Positions 1 to 14,132 of a stretch of 64,000 nt of DNA are shown here, one piece after another. The DNA is taken from contig NC_043017.1 of NCBI RefSeq assembly GCF_006345805.1, positions 3,038,001-3,102,000 of the forward strand. The letters are read 5' to 3'. The DNA comes from Octopus sinensis. Its lineage: Eukaryota. Positions within the stretch are counted from its first letter, which is position 1; every line of letters begins with the position of its first letter. The notes under the pieces are model-generated. The model saw only the letters and a program-made list of their open reading frames with translations, was not told the DNA's origin and searched no databases. A program made the translations under genes and the position numbers.

Positions 1-356
1 TGTATGTATGTATGCATGCATGGATGCATATATGTATATATGTATCTATGTGTGTTCATATGTATGTATAAACACTATGTTATGCACTTTTCCGAACGAA
101 TAAATGTACGTTAAACGGGTAACAATTTATAAAAGCGTCAGACGGAAAATGGAGCTAAAACATTGACTTGAATTTGGTAAACCAATTGGATTAACATTCA
201 CTAAATAATCCATAAGACAAGAAATCATTAAATTGATGTTTATGTTCAGGACCGTCCAAGCATAGTTATATGATATTTACTTATAGGTACTAATACACAT
301 TGTAAAGGGAACTACAGAAGACTAACATGAGAGTTGATGTAAGTGAAAAACTGATA

Positions 357-762
357 ACTTATTTCTTTATTGCCCACAGTGGGCTAAATATAAAGAGGAG
401 AAACAAAGACAAACAAAGCGATTAAGTCGATTACATTGACCCCAGTGCGTAACTGATAGTTATTTACTCGAGCCCCGAAAAGGATGAAAGGCAAAGTCAA
501 CCTCGGCGGAATTTGATCTCAGAACGTAGCGGCAGACGTAATGCCTATTTCTTTACTACCAACAAGGGGCTAAACACAGAGAGGACAAACAAGGACAGAC
601 AAACGGATTAAGTCGATTATATCGACCTCAATGCGTAACTGGTACTTAATATATCGACACCGAAAGGATGAAAGGCAAAGTCGACCTCGGCAGAATTTGA
701 ACTCAGAGCGTAGCGGCAGACGAAATACCTCTAACCATTTCGTCCGCCGTGCTGATAACTGA
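357..762 (-). mobile_element. SINE family B (dimeric, MetaSINE-like core)
   Basis: Two copies of the GAGTTCAAATTC..GAGGTCGACTTTGCCTTTCATCCTTTCGGGGTCGAT unit. Confidence 0.8.
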
Positions 763-1276
763 TTTTGTGTACGTATTTCGAATTCATATCAATGAATCTT
801 CTAATTATTAATCCCAAGTGAAAGAACTGAAATAATGAGATACTTGTGAGATTTTGATGGGCAATTGGGTTACAGAAGCATTTGTGATCTGGTGTCAAGT
901 TATTTTAATGTAGAGAAGGATTTTTAGATAAAACTTGGTGAGATTTGAAGTTTGAAATTTAAATCAAAGAGTCAAGAAAAAGATGCATAGTATACAAAAA
1001 TATATTTTTTGTTTACACATTACAAAGATCTTAAAATTTTTAATTGTAAATACTCATGAATAACGCCATTCCATCCTTATTAGAAATCGTCATTATGACA
1101 TAACCCGAAGGAGATGGATTAAATCAAATTAAGATTTCAAGGAAGCAGGGACTTGGCGCATTTCTGCACAAGGCCTGTGAATTCGTGGTGGAGTGTAATT
1201 CGAATACAGCGACCTCAGGGTTCTACTAGTTCTCATTCTATAGATCTCGAATGAAAGGCGAAGATCTATAGAAGTT

Positions 1277-1400
1277 GAAGAAGAAGAAGACGAAGAAGAA
1301 GAAGAAGAAGAAGAAGAAGAAGAAGAAGAAGAAGAAGAAGAAGAAGAAGAAGAAGAAGAAGAAGAAGAAGAAGAAGAAGAAGAAGAAGAAGAAGAAGAAG

Positions 1401-1431
<31 letters not shown>

Positions 1432-1455
1432 TAAGAAGTTAAGAAGAAGAAGAAG
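1277..1455. repeat. (GAA)n tract
   Basis: About 45 uninterrupted GAA units. Confidence 0.95.
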
Positions 1456-2063
1456 TCCATGATGATGATGATGATTCCGCTATATAAGCGCCCATCATAA
1501 ATCTTTTTTACGTTTTATATAGACATCAAATTATAATCTTTGTTTATCATAAGCATGGTTATGTACACAAGCCTTGCCTTCCTTACTTAGTTCGGCAAAA
1601 CCCATTCTGGAGTTTACTTACATCACATGTTTGTTTATGTAAGTAAAAACCGAATTATCAAACAAGCGAATTACATCTACAAATACATCTGCAGGTGCAT
1701 CCATCTTTGCAGAAGTGTTTCCTTCAGACCCAGGTTAATATCTAAATATTGCCAATAACATTTCACTATTGTTTTTTAAATCATCGTGTCCAGAGTACTA
1801 CGTCATTCGAAAGTATTATTGCTCTTTTCGACCGACGTGATCGTGATTTGGCTGTTGTTTCTAGCAAATATAATAATTGCTTGCATAGAGACTCTTTTGT
1901 TAATTTGCCTCGTGTTACAAATGTCCAACTACTTCTATTTAAGTTAGTGTTGCTAAAGTAGGAATGTGTAGGTATGTGTGTATCTCTATATGTTAAATAC
2001 ACATATACATGTATATACCGTGTAAAATAAATAAAATCATATATATATATATATATAATATAT

Positions 2064-2095
<32 letters not shown>

Positions 2096-2657
2096 ATATA
2101 ATTATATAGATATATGCATAGATATACATACATATATACATATCTAATATAGCATATATATATATATATATATATACGTATATATATGTATATTATTTAC
2201 ATATATCTACGTATATATGTATGTGTACATATACATATGTGTGTGTGTGTTGTGTGTATGTATGTAGGCATGTAGGTATCTTTATATATGTATATATATA
2301 TATATATGTATGTATGTATATATATATGCTACTTTCGATTGTTATTGTAATTATGTCTCGACACAACGGATTCAATTAATTTCTTAGTGTAATGACGACG
2401 ACAGCCACATTTATTTCCTAATATAGACAGTTCAATTATTCATTTCTTATAACAGAATGATATTGTGATCGTTGAAAATTGTGTATCGTCAAACTGATTG
2501 TGAACACAAATTCTAACCATAACTATCATTGCTGCTGCTCCGGCTGCTGCTGCTCCCGCTCCTGTTGTTGTCATTCTTGTTACGTATTCCCGATTCCATA
2601 TGTTTATACGTAAATGCATACATACATACATATCATATATATATATTATTATATATA

Positions 2658-2695
<38 letters not shown>

Positions 2696-2698
2696 TGT

Positions 2699-2900
2699 TA
2701 AAGTTAATCCAAACAAGAAAGCACAAAAAACAACAACAACGCAAGGACATGGACCAAATAGAGTATTATTGGACGCTCAGGAAAGAAGGAAAGAAGGAGG
2801 GTTTAACGTTTCGAGCGGAGCTCTTCGTCGGAAACATAGGAGAAGGAAAGATCCAGAGAAGGGAAGACAGAGGAAAAAAAATTGCCAACGGTACACACGA
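2699..2900 (-). mobile_element. Short repeat (family H1) with minimal hammerhead motif, abutting (TA)n; Penelope pLTR-like
   Basis: Homologous to 26605-26800. Motif at 2801-2835: GUUU-CcGACGA-A-GAGC ucc GCUC-GAAA-CG-U-U-AAAC (U4->C). Confidence 0.6.
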
Positions 2901-3023
2901 GGTCACATATCACCAAATCAGGAACTTAAGTATGGTTTATCCATAGCACTTATTCAGCATAACCTGACACATTTGGGTCTCACTGACATCATTACCTCTT
3001 ATAACCCCTCTCTCTCTCTCACA

Positions 3024-3060
<37 letters not shown>

Positions 3061-3751
3061 TTAGGGTGTCAGCATCATAATCGTAAGGTTGTGGTTTCGA
3101 TTCCTGGACCGGGCAACGCTTTGAGTTCTTGAGCAAAACACTTCATTTCATGTTGCTCCAGTCCACTCCGCTGGCAAAAATGAGTAACGCTACGATGGAC
3201 TGGTGTCCCGTCGAGCTGGGGGAAAAGAAACGCCATTGAAACTGGGAAACCGGGCCCATGAGCCTGGCTAGGCTCTAAAAGGGCGCATTAATATTATTCA
3301 TTTAACACCACCGAAGAGCAGGAAACTGTTACTTAAATCATAATTTTTTGTTTCTTTCCTTCTTAAAAAAGCTATCATTGAATCAAAGTGGATGTTAGCA
3401 GGACAACACTTATCAATAGCGGCCATTATTTAATAACATTAATTCGAATGAAACCTTTTGGTCATTCTTCCACTGATGATTGCATTCATTGGCATGAAAC
3501 TCGATTAACGGAGCACCAATGATATTTTACTTTTAACCATTATACAGTAAATACACGCAAATGTTCGCCATAACATTCAAATACAAACATAGATACAAGT
3601 ATATTTATTTGTATGCTTGTGTGTATGTGTGTATACGTGTGAGTGTTTGTGTGTTGGTATCAAGAAGTACATCACATAATTCTATATTTAATTATATATA
3701 ATAAATGTCCGTCTTGGATGCTTTCACGTATATACATACATACACATATAT

Positions 3752-3797
<46 letters not shown>

Positions 3798-4513
3798 CAT
3801 ATTACGTGCGACTATTTATGCGTTTGCATATTATCATTAAATGTAAAAGCATGCGTGCATCGTCTTGTGAATGCATAAGACCGTATACGTGGGTGTTCGT
3901 GTGAAAACCTGTTAGCGTATGAGTGTGCAGGCATGTGCGTGTGTACATGACGATGTGTGTGCATATATCTGTGTGTACGCCTGTGCTTGTCTCTAGATGT
4001 ATGTGTACACTATCTCATTTTGCTCTTAAGTTAATCTAAGAAATTACTGAATATTCCATTGCGAACTAAATGATGACAGTACTTCCACTTCGATTCCTGT
4101 CAGAAACGCAGAAGGCCATGTTACAATCGTTGTCTAATGAAAACCCTAAATTTAATGATTTTAACCTCATGAGCGAGCTACGACTACTAGTTACAGACTA
4201 CATGACACGACAATAACTCATTTGTCTCCGTTTAAAAGCCAGCCTCATAAACTATAGACGAATTCATTTCCACATGAGGCAGCTGCGGGAACCGTTAAGT
4301 TAATACGATAATAGATATATCATTTTATCATGTTATTATATCCATATCACCATGCGTATAGCACATTGTATACATATACATGTATGTATGCAGCTCTTTC
4401 ATTCTCTCTCTCACTCTTTATATACATATATATATACATACATGCACATACATATACATATATTGTAAGGATATGTATCTACCAATCTATCTATCTGTGT
4501 ATCTATCTATCAT

Positions 4514-4561
<48 letters not shown>

Positions 4562-4798
4562 TACACATGCACACACACGTACGTATATATGTATATATGT
4601 ACGTATGTTTGCATATATGTATGGTATACATTTCTATATTCTGCTTAATACAATATATAGGTTTAAATTGTTTTAATTTTCTTATCCTACATAATATATT
4701 AATAATCTTTATTTGAACATACATATATAAATGTGTATGTGTGTAATTATATGTATATATATGTATTGGCACTCACATACAGGTAGAAATTTGCATAG

Positions 4799-5087
<289 letters not shown>

Positions 5088-5896
5088 GTAACTGCGCATG
5101 TGTGTATTTCCTTTCAATTAAGTAGCAAATGTTACATGCAGGTTAACGATATATTCTGTTCGTTAAATCTCCGCATAGGTGATGGATGAGAGGACAGATA
5201 TGGCTACTGCAGCTTATAAGATAGTAATACCTACTGCTGCTGATCGTGAGCACGCTGTTACTGATGCCTGTGCTCGACATGATGTTGACGTAGGCGCCAG
5301 CGGTGGCGACTGGCGTGAAGATGGACAGGTAGGTTCGTAAGTAGGTGCATAGCAAGGTAGGGATTGTATTAGATTATTACTGTAATTATAGACCAGCACA
5401 TCCAATTGATTCAATTAATTTGTTAGCGTAAGACCTGTATAACAAACTGAGAATAATTTAATATGCGAAACTTTCTTTTGTATAATCGCCTCGTTTAATT
5501 CCGCCGTATGAAAGTTGATCAGTTGTCGTTGTGTGTCTCTATCAGAGAGATGTGTGACTGTACAAGCTGTCTGTGATTCGCTCTCCACCAGCAGAGTTAT
5601 TGCAAGCAATAATAGCTGATGATAAACGTCAATCATTCGTAAGAACGCTTCAACTACCTCTCTATTTTGCCAGATCTTATTTAGTCTAGCTGATTGCATC
5701 AGCTGTACAACTTAAAGCTAAGTGTTTGCATTTACATCGCATACACAAACACGTTTCCTATCACACCTACCTATTACATATTAGGAACATATTCACACGG
5801 ACACATCGCTGTGTATGTAATCGCCACACCAAATCTGTACTAAATGAAGGAATGGAATACGAAAATTCATAAAGTCGAAACAATAATTACTGTATA

Positions 5897-6010
5897 CAGG
5901 CGCAGGCGTGTTTGTGTGTGGTAAGCAGCTATTATAGCCTCGGGCCGACCAAAGGCTTGTGAGTGGATTTGGTAGACGGCAAGTGAAAGAAACCCGCCGT
6001 TGGTATATAT
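5897..6010 (+). mobile_element. SINE family A, internally deleted
   Basis: Head start joined directly to TATAGCCTCGGGCCGACCAAAG, lacking the B-box region. Confidence 0.6.
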
Positions 6011-6059
6011 ATATAGTCGGCACAAGTGTGTATGTACGCCGCTATATGTATATATAAAA

Positions 6060-6255
6060 ATCAAAAATGGAACAAAAACGCAATAGAGTACAATAATGCA
6101 TTCGGACAGATAGACGATATAAAGGTGGACAGGAGAAACAACAATTAGAAGGACAGGGAAAAAGAAGGACGGGTCATTCATGACCTTCTTTCTTCAGTCA
6201 AGATACCAGATGTCTTTACTGTTTCGGCCAGTTACACTTGAGACTGCTCGATCTG
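6060..6255. repeat. Interspersed repeat, related to 55440-55600
   Basis: Shared core GGACGGG.CATTC...TCAGTCAAGA..CCAGAT...TTTCGGC...CTTGAGA.TGCTC. Confidence 0.55.
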
Positions 6256-6283
6256 TTTGTTCCACAAAAAAATCTAAACTAAC

Positions 6284-6593
6284 AGCACTAATTTTTTTGT
6301 AAGAAAGCTAATGACTGTTTACGGCATCAAAGAAAAATTGAAGAACATGGTACACAGTTACAAATACAAACAACAAGAATATAACAACAGGTGTCTTTCG
6401 ACTGAGAACGATGTTGCTGCCTTTAGGCTTTTACCTTATACACGCCAGCTCTATTTGATTCGTTCTCATTAGAAAGACACCTGTTGTTTTATTCTCGTTT
6501 GAATTTGTAATTGTGTACCATGTTCTCCATTTTTTTCTTTTTGTCTTTCCTGCCGTACACATTCACTAGCTTTCTTACAAAAAACCTAATGCT
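6284..6593. mobile_element. Fold-back/MITE-like element (~128-bp imperfect inverted arms, ~48-bp loop)
   Basis: TTTTTTGTAAGAAAGCTA...CAGGTGTCTTTC..TGAGAACGA is mirrored by TCGTTCTCA..GAAAGACACCTG...TAGCTTTCTTACAAAAAA. Confidence 0.75.
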
Positions 6594-6650
6594 CTTAGCT
6601 CAGAATTTTGGGAGGGGCAACCAGCTATAACTGGATCAAGTGTAACTTGT

Positions 6651-6705
<55 letters not shown>

Positions 6706-6774
6706 GGTTTTTGTGACTATGTACTGTGTCTATACGGATGCATGCATATCTCCATATGTTTGGATATATATAAA

Positions 6775-7235
6775 CAGGGTGCGGGGAATATACTGTTGCC
6801 TAAATTACGCAGAAACGAAAATAAAAATCACATCATTTTATCAGATACATTTACCAAAATTACATTAAAAATATTTCGAAATACTAAAGACTAAATTTAT
6901 TCAATTAATTCGCCGTTGGCTTCCGCTACGGCCTCCAGACGACTTCGGAATCTCCTGCAACTCTTCCGAACAGTCGCTTTGCTTAAGTTGGTGAATAACG
7001 CCATAATCCTTGCCTTCAGTTCATCTTTGGAGTGACAAGCAGTTTTGTTGGTCTCTCACTCAACTGCGCAACACACATAATAATCAAGGGCTTTACAGTC
7101 TGGGAAGTTAGTTGGCCAGATTTTAGAGGTGATGTGATCGCAGAAATTGCCTGACAGCCATGACTGGTTTCTCCTGCTTGTGTGGCACAGTTCAGAATCT
7201 GAGAGGAGAATGTGTTGACTAAAATTGTCATTAAC
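6775..7235 (-). mobile_element. Tc1/mariner (maT-like) 3' remnant with TIR end
   Basis: Homologous to 56776-57200; begins CAGGGTG, a typical mariner-type terminus. Confidence 0.8.
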
Positions 7236-8044
7236 TAATACTGCTCTATTTTCTTTTACTCAAAATCAGGAACTTTCCCGCACACCTTGATAGGTAGGGT
7301 AAAATCTAAGTTGCGTCTACATGAAGCACATTCGCCTATTCCCATATATTCTCTGTACTCCAGACTGTCTTTACTTCTGCTACAACCCACCAATTATTCC
7401 CTCATTTTTCTCACCATATCCACAAGGCTGTACCTAAATTTCTCTTCCTAAATCCAGGTTTCTTTGAGTCACTGTTCTTCTGTAAGTGTGTAGATGTCGT
7501 GGCTGTTGCATTAAGATAAGATGTCTATTAGAGTCGAACATTCTGGAAATATTGTTTGCAGAGTTATTAGATTGCGAAAAACAGCAAGTTCGTGAATATT
7601 TTTGATATCATTTGGTACTATTTAAGATATATATTGTTGCATGAGATTTGCTAATTTCTAGCAGAGTGAATGACCATCTAGGTTTTAACCATACTTCAGT
7701 CGTTTACACGTAATAAAAAATTAATGTGCTAAATGGAAATCTCATTTCTGAGAACCGCGCTAGAGTAAATTATGAATGGCATCCATCATGTTTGTTCATA
7801 TTAAATGCAATTTCTGAAACAACGTAAACAAACGAACCAAGCACTAAACATCTGTTGGTAGGGTTTCTCAAATTTAATTCTGTATTAACACAATAATGGT
7901 GTCCTAAGGAAAAGTATGGATTGTACATTAAGTCTTAATTATATAATGCCTTAATTAAAAATTCAAAGTTCAATGCGTGGACGCTTTAAAAGATGTGGTA
8001 ATTGGGACTAATAATCTATTCTCAGAGAAATACAAATCAAGGCA

Positions 8045-8695
8045 GAAAGTTGGCAGAGTCGGTGGCTCACTGGGCCAAATGCTTAGCGGCATTTCGTCTG
8101 TCTAAGCGTTCCGAGTAAAAATTTCCATGAGGTGGACTTTGCCTTTTATACTTCGGAATCGAAAAAATAATAAGTGTCAGTCGAGCACTGGGGTCGATTT
8201 AATCGACTTAACCACTTCCCCAAACTTGCGGGCCTTGTGCCAAAATTTGAAACCAATCTAAATGCAAATCAAGGCTGCCAGCTGACAAGACACCGGACAA
8301 AATGCTTAACGTTGTTTCGTCCGTCTTTATGTTCCGAGTTCAAATTCCGCTGAGGTCGACTTTGCTTTCATCATTTCGGGGTCGATAAAATAAGTACCAA
8401 TTGAGCATTAGGCCCGACGCAATCGTCTCAGCTCGTCCCTCCAAATTGCTGGCCTTTTGTCAAAATTTGAAACTGGTATCGATAGAAATCCTGAGACGGT
8501 GAACTGACAGAGTAGTTAGCTGGTTGGGCGAAATATGTAGCGGCATTTCGTTTGAATGTTCCGAGTTCAAATTCTACCCAGTTCGACTTTACCTATTATC
8601 ATTTTCAGGCCGATAGTACTAGAGTTGATTTAATCGACTTAGCACCCGACCCCGACCCCAAACCGCTAGCCTTGTGCCAAAATTTAAAACCGATA
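8045..8695 (+). mobile_element. Cluster of three SINE family B copies
   Basis: Three consecutive diverged B units. Confidence 0.75.
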
Positions 8696-8774
8696 TAAAT
8701 ACTAATCCTGATCTTTTGGCGGGGATCGAACCCAGTACATCACTGGGATTTGTTCTGACCACATTTATATTTTG

Positions 8775-9150
8775 TTTTAATTGTCTCAGTCATTAGCTTG
8801 CAGTAATACTGGAGGACCACCTTGAAGGGATCAAGTGGGTACAAATCGATCCCAGGACTTCTTTTTAAAAAGAAAACTGATACTTATTCTATCGTGGTCT
8901 TTTACCGAACCGCTATGCTACGGGGATGAACACACATCAGTTGTGACGCAGTAGTAGGCGACAAACAGTGACAAGTAAGTCTCAGATAGATATATTCTAC
9001 GGAATTCTTTCAATCTTCGCCTATCAATTTCACTCACAAGGCTTTGGTTGGCCCATAGTTATAATAGAAAACTGTTCCTTAAAATCCTACACGTTGGGAC
9101 TGAACCCGTATCCATGCGTCTGCGAAGCAAACATCTTACCAGAGCGCAAC
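8775..9150 (-). mobile_element. SINE family A, degraded
   Basis: Tail, body and head similarity to family A. Confidence 0.6.
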
Positions 9151-10222
9151 GCCTACACCACTGCTAATTTCTACTCGCAGTTTCCTCACTCATTTATCTG
9201 TTGTCCAGATTGTCTTTACTTCTGCTACAACCCACAAATTATGCCCTCATTTTTCTCATCATAACCACAGGGCTCTACTGAAATTTCTATTCCTAATTCC
9301 TCGTTTCTTTGTCACTGTTGTGTTTTGGAGCGTTCCTCCAGTCCAGCGACCGATCGATGTCCCATCCAGGCGGGGAATATAAAATCCATGAAAATCGGAG
9401 AAATCAACAATATGAGTCTACATGACGTTACGCTTTACTTCACTCTCCTGTATTAACTTTCAACAAATGAAGCGTGTTCTTGCTCTAGGTTTCTTATTTT
9501 TTCAATTTAACTTTTACTTTCGAAGACAATACATTTCTACGTTTCTGTTTCAATTAGATGTCTAGCTTATTTGTTCCCTTTATACATGTTTGACTTTTGT
9601 ACATGTATTCAATTCATTACCAAATCATCTATTCTATGAGAGGTTTCATGTTGTTCTCACTGGTGTCTGATCAATATTGTTAGGATTTGTTGAAGTTGTA
9701 GGAACATTCGCTTAATACTTATAAAGGTGTTGAATGTGTGACTTAGGGAGTGGTGTCGTTTTTCATAATTAAATTCTACAATCTAAATACGGAGGATTTT
9801 TTCTTTTTTGTAAATATGCATGACTTATACACACATACACATTTATATGCCAACATTTCCTACACTGTGTATGTATTAATGTAAGTATAGAGGTGGGTAC
9901 GTATGTATGCATGTGTATATATAGATATGTCAGTGTATTTGTGTTTGTGAGTGTGTGCGTGTTTTAAGGCGTGAATGTATATAATTTTCCATCTGAAATA
10001 GAACGTGTTTATTTAAGTCGGTTTCCATATATCTGTATAACGAAGTGAGGCAGCTAGTGTATTATAGCGATATCATATTTTCGCGCAGGTATTCAAGCGG
10101 ATATCTACATTAACACACACAACCGCACGTACACACCACCACGCCTACATTCCCACTTACCAACACAGAATCACAGGGGCAAGGATATACACACACATAT
10201 TTATAGATGCTTGTATACATAT

Positions 10223-10267
<45 letters not shown>

Positions 10268-11234
10268 CATACATATATAGATGTATGTATTTTATGTGCG
10301 TAATGTATGTATGAACGTATATATGTATGTGTGAGTGTATATAAACACACACACACATATGCACACACACATACACACAGTCATACACACACACGCACAC
10401 ACACATATATATGCTTTCATAATTTGTTACATATTTATATAGAGCCCCAGAAACTCACTTTTTTTGGTACATTCAGTTACACATGTCAATATATATATGT
10501 ATGTGTCGACTTAGTCTTTCATCCTTTCGGGGTCGATTAAATAAATACCAGTTATGCACTGGGGTCGATGTAATCGACAAAATCCCTTTTTCTGCCCTCG
10601 TTTGCCTCCTCTATGTTTAGCCATTCCCCTCTGGGCCATAAAGAAATAAATACATACGTATGTGTGTGCGGTGTATGTATGTATTGTGTGTGTGTGTGAG
10701 TGTGTACAGAGAGAGATACAGACAGACATACAGATAGATACGAAGAGATATACCTACACACAAAGGCGCATATATATAAGCGGATAGAGAGAGAAAGTGA
10801 CAGAGAGGGAGAGAGAGTTATATACCTACAGCTCATACACGTCTCTATATTTGTTAGTGTGAATTAGGTTTGTCATTACAGTACATTTATATCGCTGACT
10901 CGAGAAAACTTTTCTAATTGGCTGGGATTGCTAACTTACATTTAATGTTCGTATTTAATTAATGAAATTTAATGAGTTTATATTTATTCTTGAAATTAAC
11001 TCAAACTTACGGGAATCCAAGCAGCACGGCTGCCAACGCCAACACTGCAACCACCACCACCACCACCACCACCACAACAACAACAACAGCAAAAATCAGC
11101 ACCACCATCAGCAACATCATCACAATCACCAACATCAACACCAACGACAACAGCGACGATAAAAACAGCAAAACTACTTAGCCGTCTGTCTTTCTGTCTG
11201 TCTGTCTGTTTTTTCTTTGTCTGTTCTCTCTCTC

Positions 11235-11480
11235 TCTATCTATCTATCTATTTACCTATCTGTCTGTATGTCTATACATCCATCCATCCGTCCATTCATC
11301 CCTCCCTCCATCCATCTATCAATCAATCTATATATCTATATCTGTTTTTCTGCCTATCTATCTATCTATCTAATGTATCTATCTATCTACCTACCTGTCT
11401 ATCTAATGTATCTATCTATCTATCTATCTATCTAATGTATCTATCTATCTACCTATCTATCTATCTATCTATCTATCTAC

Positions 11481-11533
<53 letters not shown>

Positions 11534-11574
11534 ATCTATCTATCTATCTATATCTATCTATCTATCTATATCTA

Positions 11575-11609
<35 letters not shown>

Positions 11610-11610
11610 T
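11235..11610. repeat. (TATC)n
   Basis: Direct reading. Confidence 0.95.
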
Positions 11611-11635
11611 TATGAATATACATAGAAAGGGGGGG

Positions 11636-12775
11636 GAAACTGGTAGAAACTTCAACACGCCGGCACTTGTCTAGCTTAGCGGCACTTCGCCCATCGGTAC
11701 GTACCGAGTTCAAATTCCGCAGAGGTCGACTTTGCTCGTCACCCTTTCTAGCTGGATAAATTCGGAACTAGTTGCGCACAGTGAATGGTGTACTCGACTT
11801 AACACTTAGCTCAAGATTGCTAGCCTTGTACCAAACATTGAAACCAATATACATAGAGATATAGATGTATGTACGGATAGACATATGCTTGTATATCTGC
11901 ATATATCTATACACACTAAGACAGGCATCTACACATGCCCGCCCACAAACGCACACTCTCACACACACGCATATACACACGTACATGTAAATCTATAAAT
12001 GCCGCTGTTATTATTACATCAAATATAAAGGCAGCGAACTGGCAGAAACGTTAGCACGCCTAGTGAAATGCTTGACGGTATTTTGTCTGCCGCTACCTTC
12101 TGAGTTCAAATTCCACCGAGGTCGACTTTGCCTTTCATTCTTTCGGGGTTGATTAAATAAGTACCAGTTACGCACTGGGGTCGATATAATCGACGTAATC
12201 CGTTTGTCCTCTCTGTGTATGGCCCCTTGTGGGTAGTAAAGAAATAGAAATAGTTATTTTGTCTGCCGCTACGATCTAGGTTCTAATTCCTCCGAAACCG
12301 ACTTTGCCTTTTATCCTTTGAGGTCGATATATTAAGTAGCAGTGGAACACTGAGATCGATTAAATCGACTTGGTCCCACCCGCAAAATTTCAGGCCTTGT
12401 TCCTATAGTAGAAAGGATTATAACAGCAAATATAATATGGGTACTATCACCACCACCACTACTAAAACTACTTCCACCACAACAACCTCCACCTCCACCA
12501 TTACTACGACTACCTGTACCAGCACCACAATCACCGCCATACTACCATTTCAAGAACCGACAGAATGCAAAATGCCACGCCCAACGTAATCAGCTCCGCT
12601 AAATCAACCATAATTTCAAGAGCAAAATTAATACCCCCGACATAACTAAAGCGCAATATGGCGGCGAACTTGCTGGATCGTTAGCACGCCGGGCGAAATG
12701 CTTAGCGGTATTTCCTCTGCCGCTACGTTCTGAGTTCAAATTCCACCGAAGTTGACTTTGCCTTTCACCCTTTCG
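11636..12775 (+). mobile_element. SINE family B copies (11636-11848, 12023-12420, 12658-12775)
   Basis: Family B heads GGCGGCGAACT/GGCAG..GTTAGCACGCC and core units. Confidence 0.75.
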
Positions 12776-14132
12776 ATTCCAGGTGAGAATGCGATCGCTA
12801 AAGTGAATAAAATCGTTTTTCTTTGGAATAGAAGGAAATGTCTATCTTTAGTTCTTCTTTTGCTGGTGTCTCAAATTTAGGTTTATTCAGTGTTTCTGAA
12901 AGGGGAGGCCTATGTGACGGTCGGACAAGTTGTTTTCAGAAAATTTCTTTTAAATGTTTGACAACTCAGCACCTTCCATTGCACGGGGGTGGGGCGTCTT
13001 GCTCACATATATTATATATATATATATATATATATAGTGTATATGTATCTATATTATATATATTATGTATTATACGGGATATATATATATATATATATAG
13101 GTATGTGTGTGTGTGTGTTTGTTATGTATGTATGTATATATATATATATATATATAACATTATTTGCAATATATATTCTTTATATATATACTATATATAT
13201 ATATATATATATAGGTGTGTGTGTGTTTGTGCATATACATATATGTCTATATACCGAGATCCACACTCGTGCGCGCGCACATAAAGACACTCACACACAC
13301 GCATATATATAAATCTGTAAATGCTGCTGCTACTATTACAACACCAGCTACCACCGGCACCACCACTGTCAGCACCACGACATACCTCCACCGCCACAAA
13401 AACTGCAACCACCACCAGCACCAATACCAAAACAAGAACAACATTATCCATAATTAACAAGGCTATAGGATCAACTTATTAACACGGATAAAAGTAATTC
13501 TTAAAATTCCTATTAGCGGCCATCAAAGGTTTCGCTAACCTTGACCGTGGCTGTTCTTTTTCTAATAAAATGTAAAAGAACCTCGACGAGATGGCAGATA
13601 CGAAATCAACTTTGAAAAGTTTAAACTGTTGAAATTAATTAAAACGTGATTTAGGTTGTATTAAAAAAAATGTGGTGGGGTAATGACGTTTTATTAAAAT
13701 AAATATTCGTCTCCATCTAAATAATCTACAGAGCTGTAATTAAATGTCTCATTAATTAATTTTTGATAATAATATGAAAACAAATCATAATATAATTGCA
13801 AATTAAAAACGAAAAATAAATGAAGATAAATAAGCAAACAAACAAGCTAACAAACAAAATATAAAAATAAACATTAATTATGGAAAAAAGTAATTTATTA
13901 TAATTATTAAACTGTTGCTGACCTAAAACTTACTAATGTTTGGGTGAAATAAATACTGAATTATGTTCACGGTGACGACGACGATGAAGAGGAGGTGGAG
14001 GAGGAGGCAGAAGAGGATGTGGGGGGGGCTGTAGGGGTAGGAGGCTGACGTAGGTGTTGGTGTTGGTGTTGGTGGTAGTGGTGGTGGTGGCGGTGGTGAC
14101 GTGTTATTGTGCTAGTAGTAATGTTGATGATG

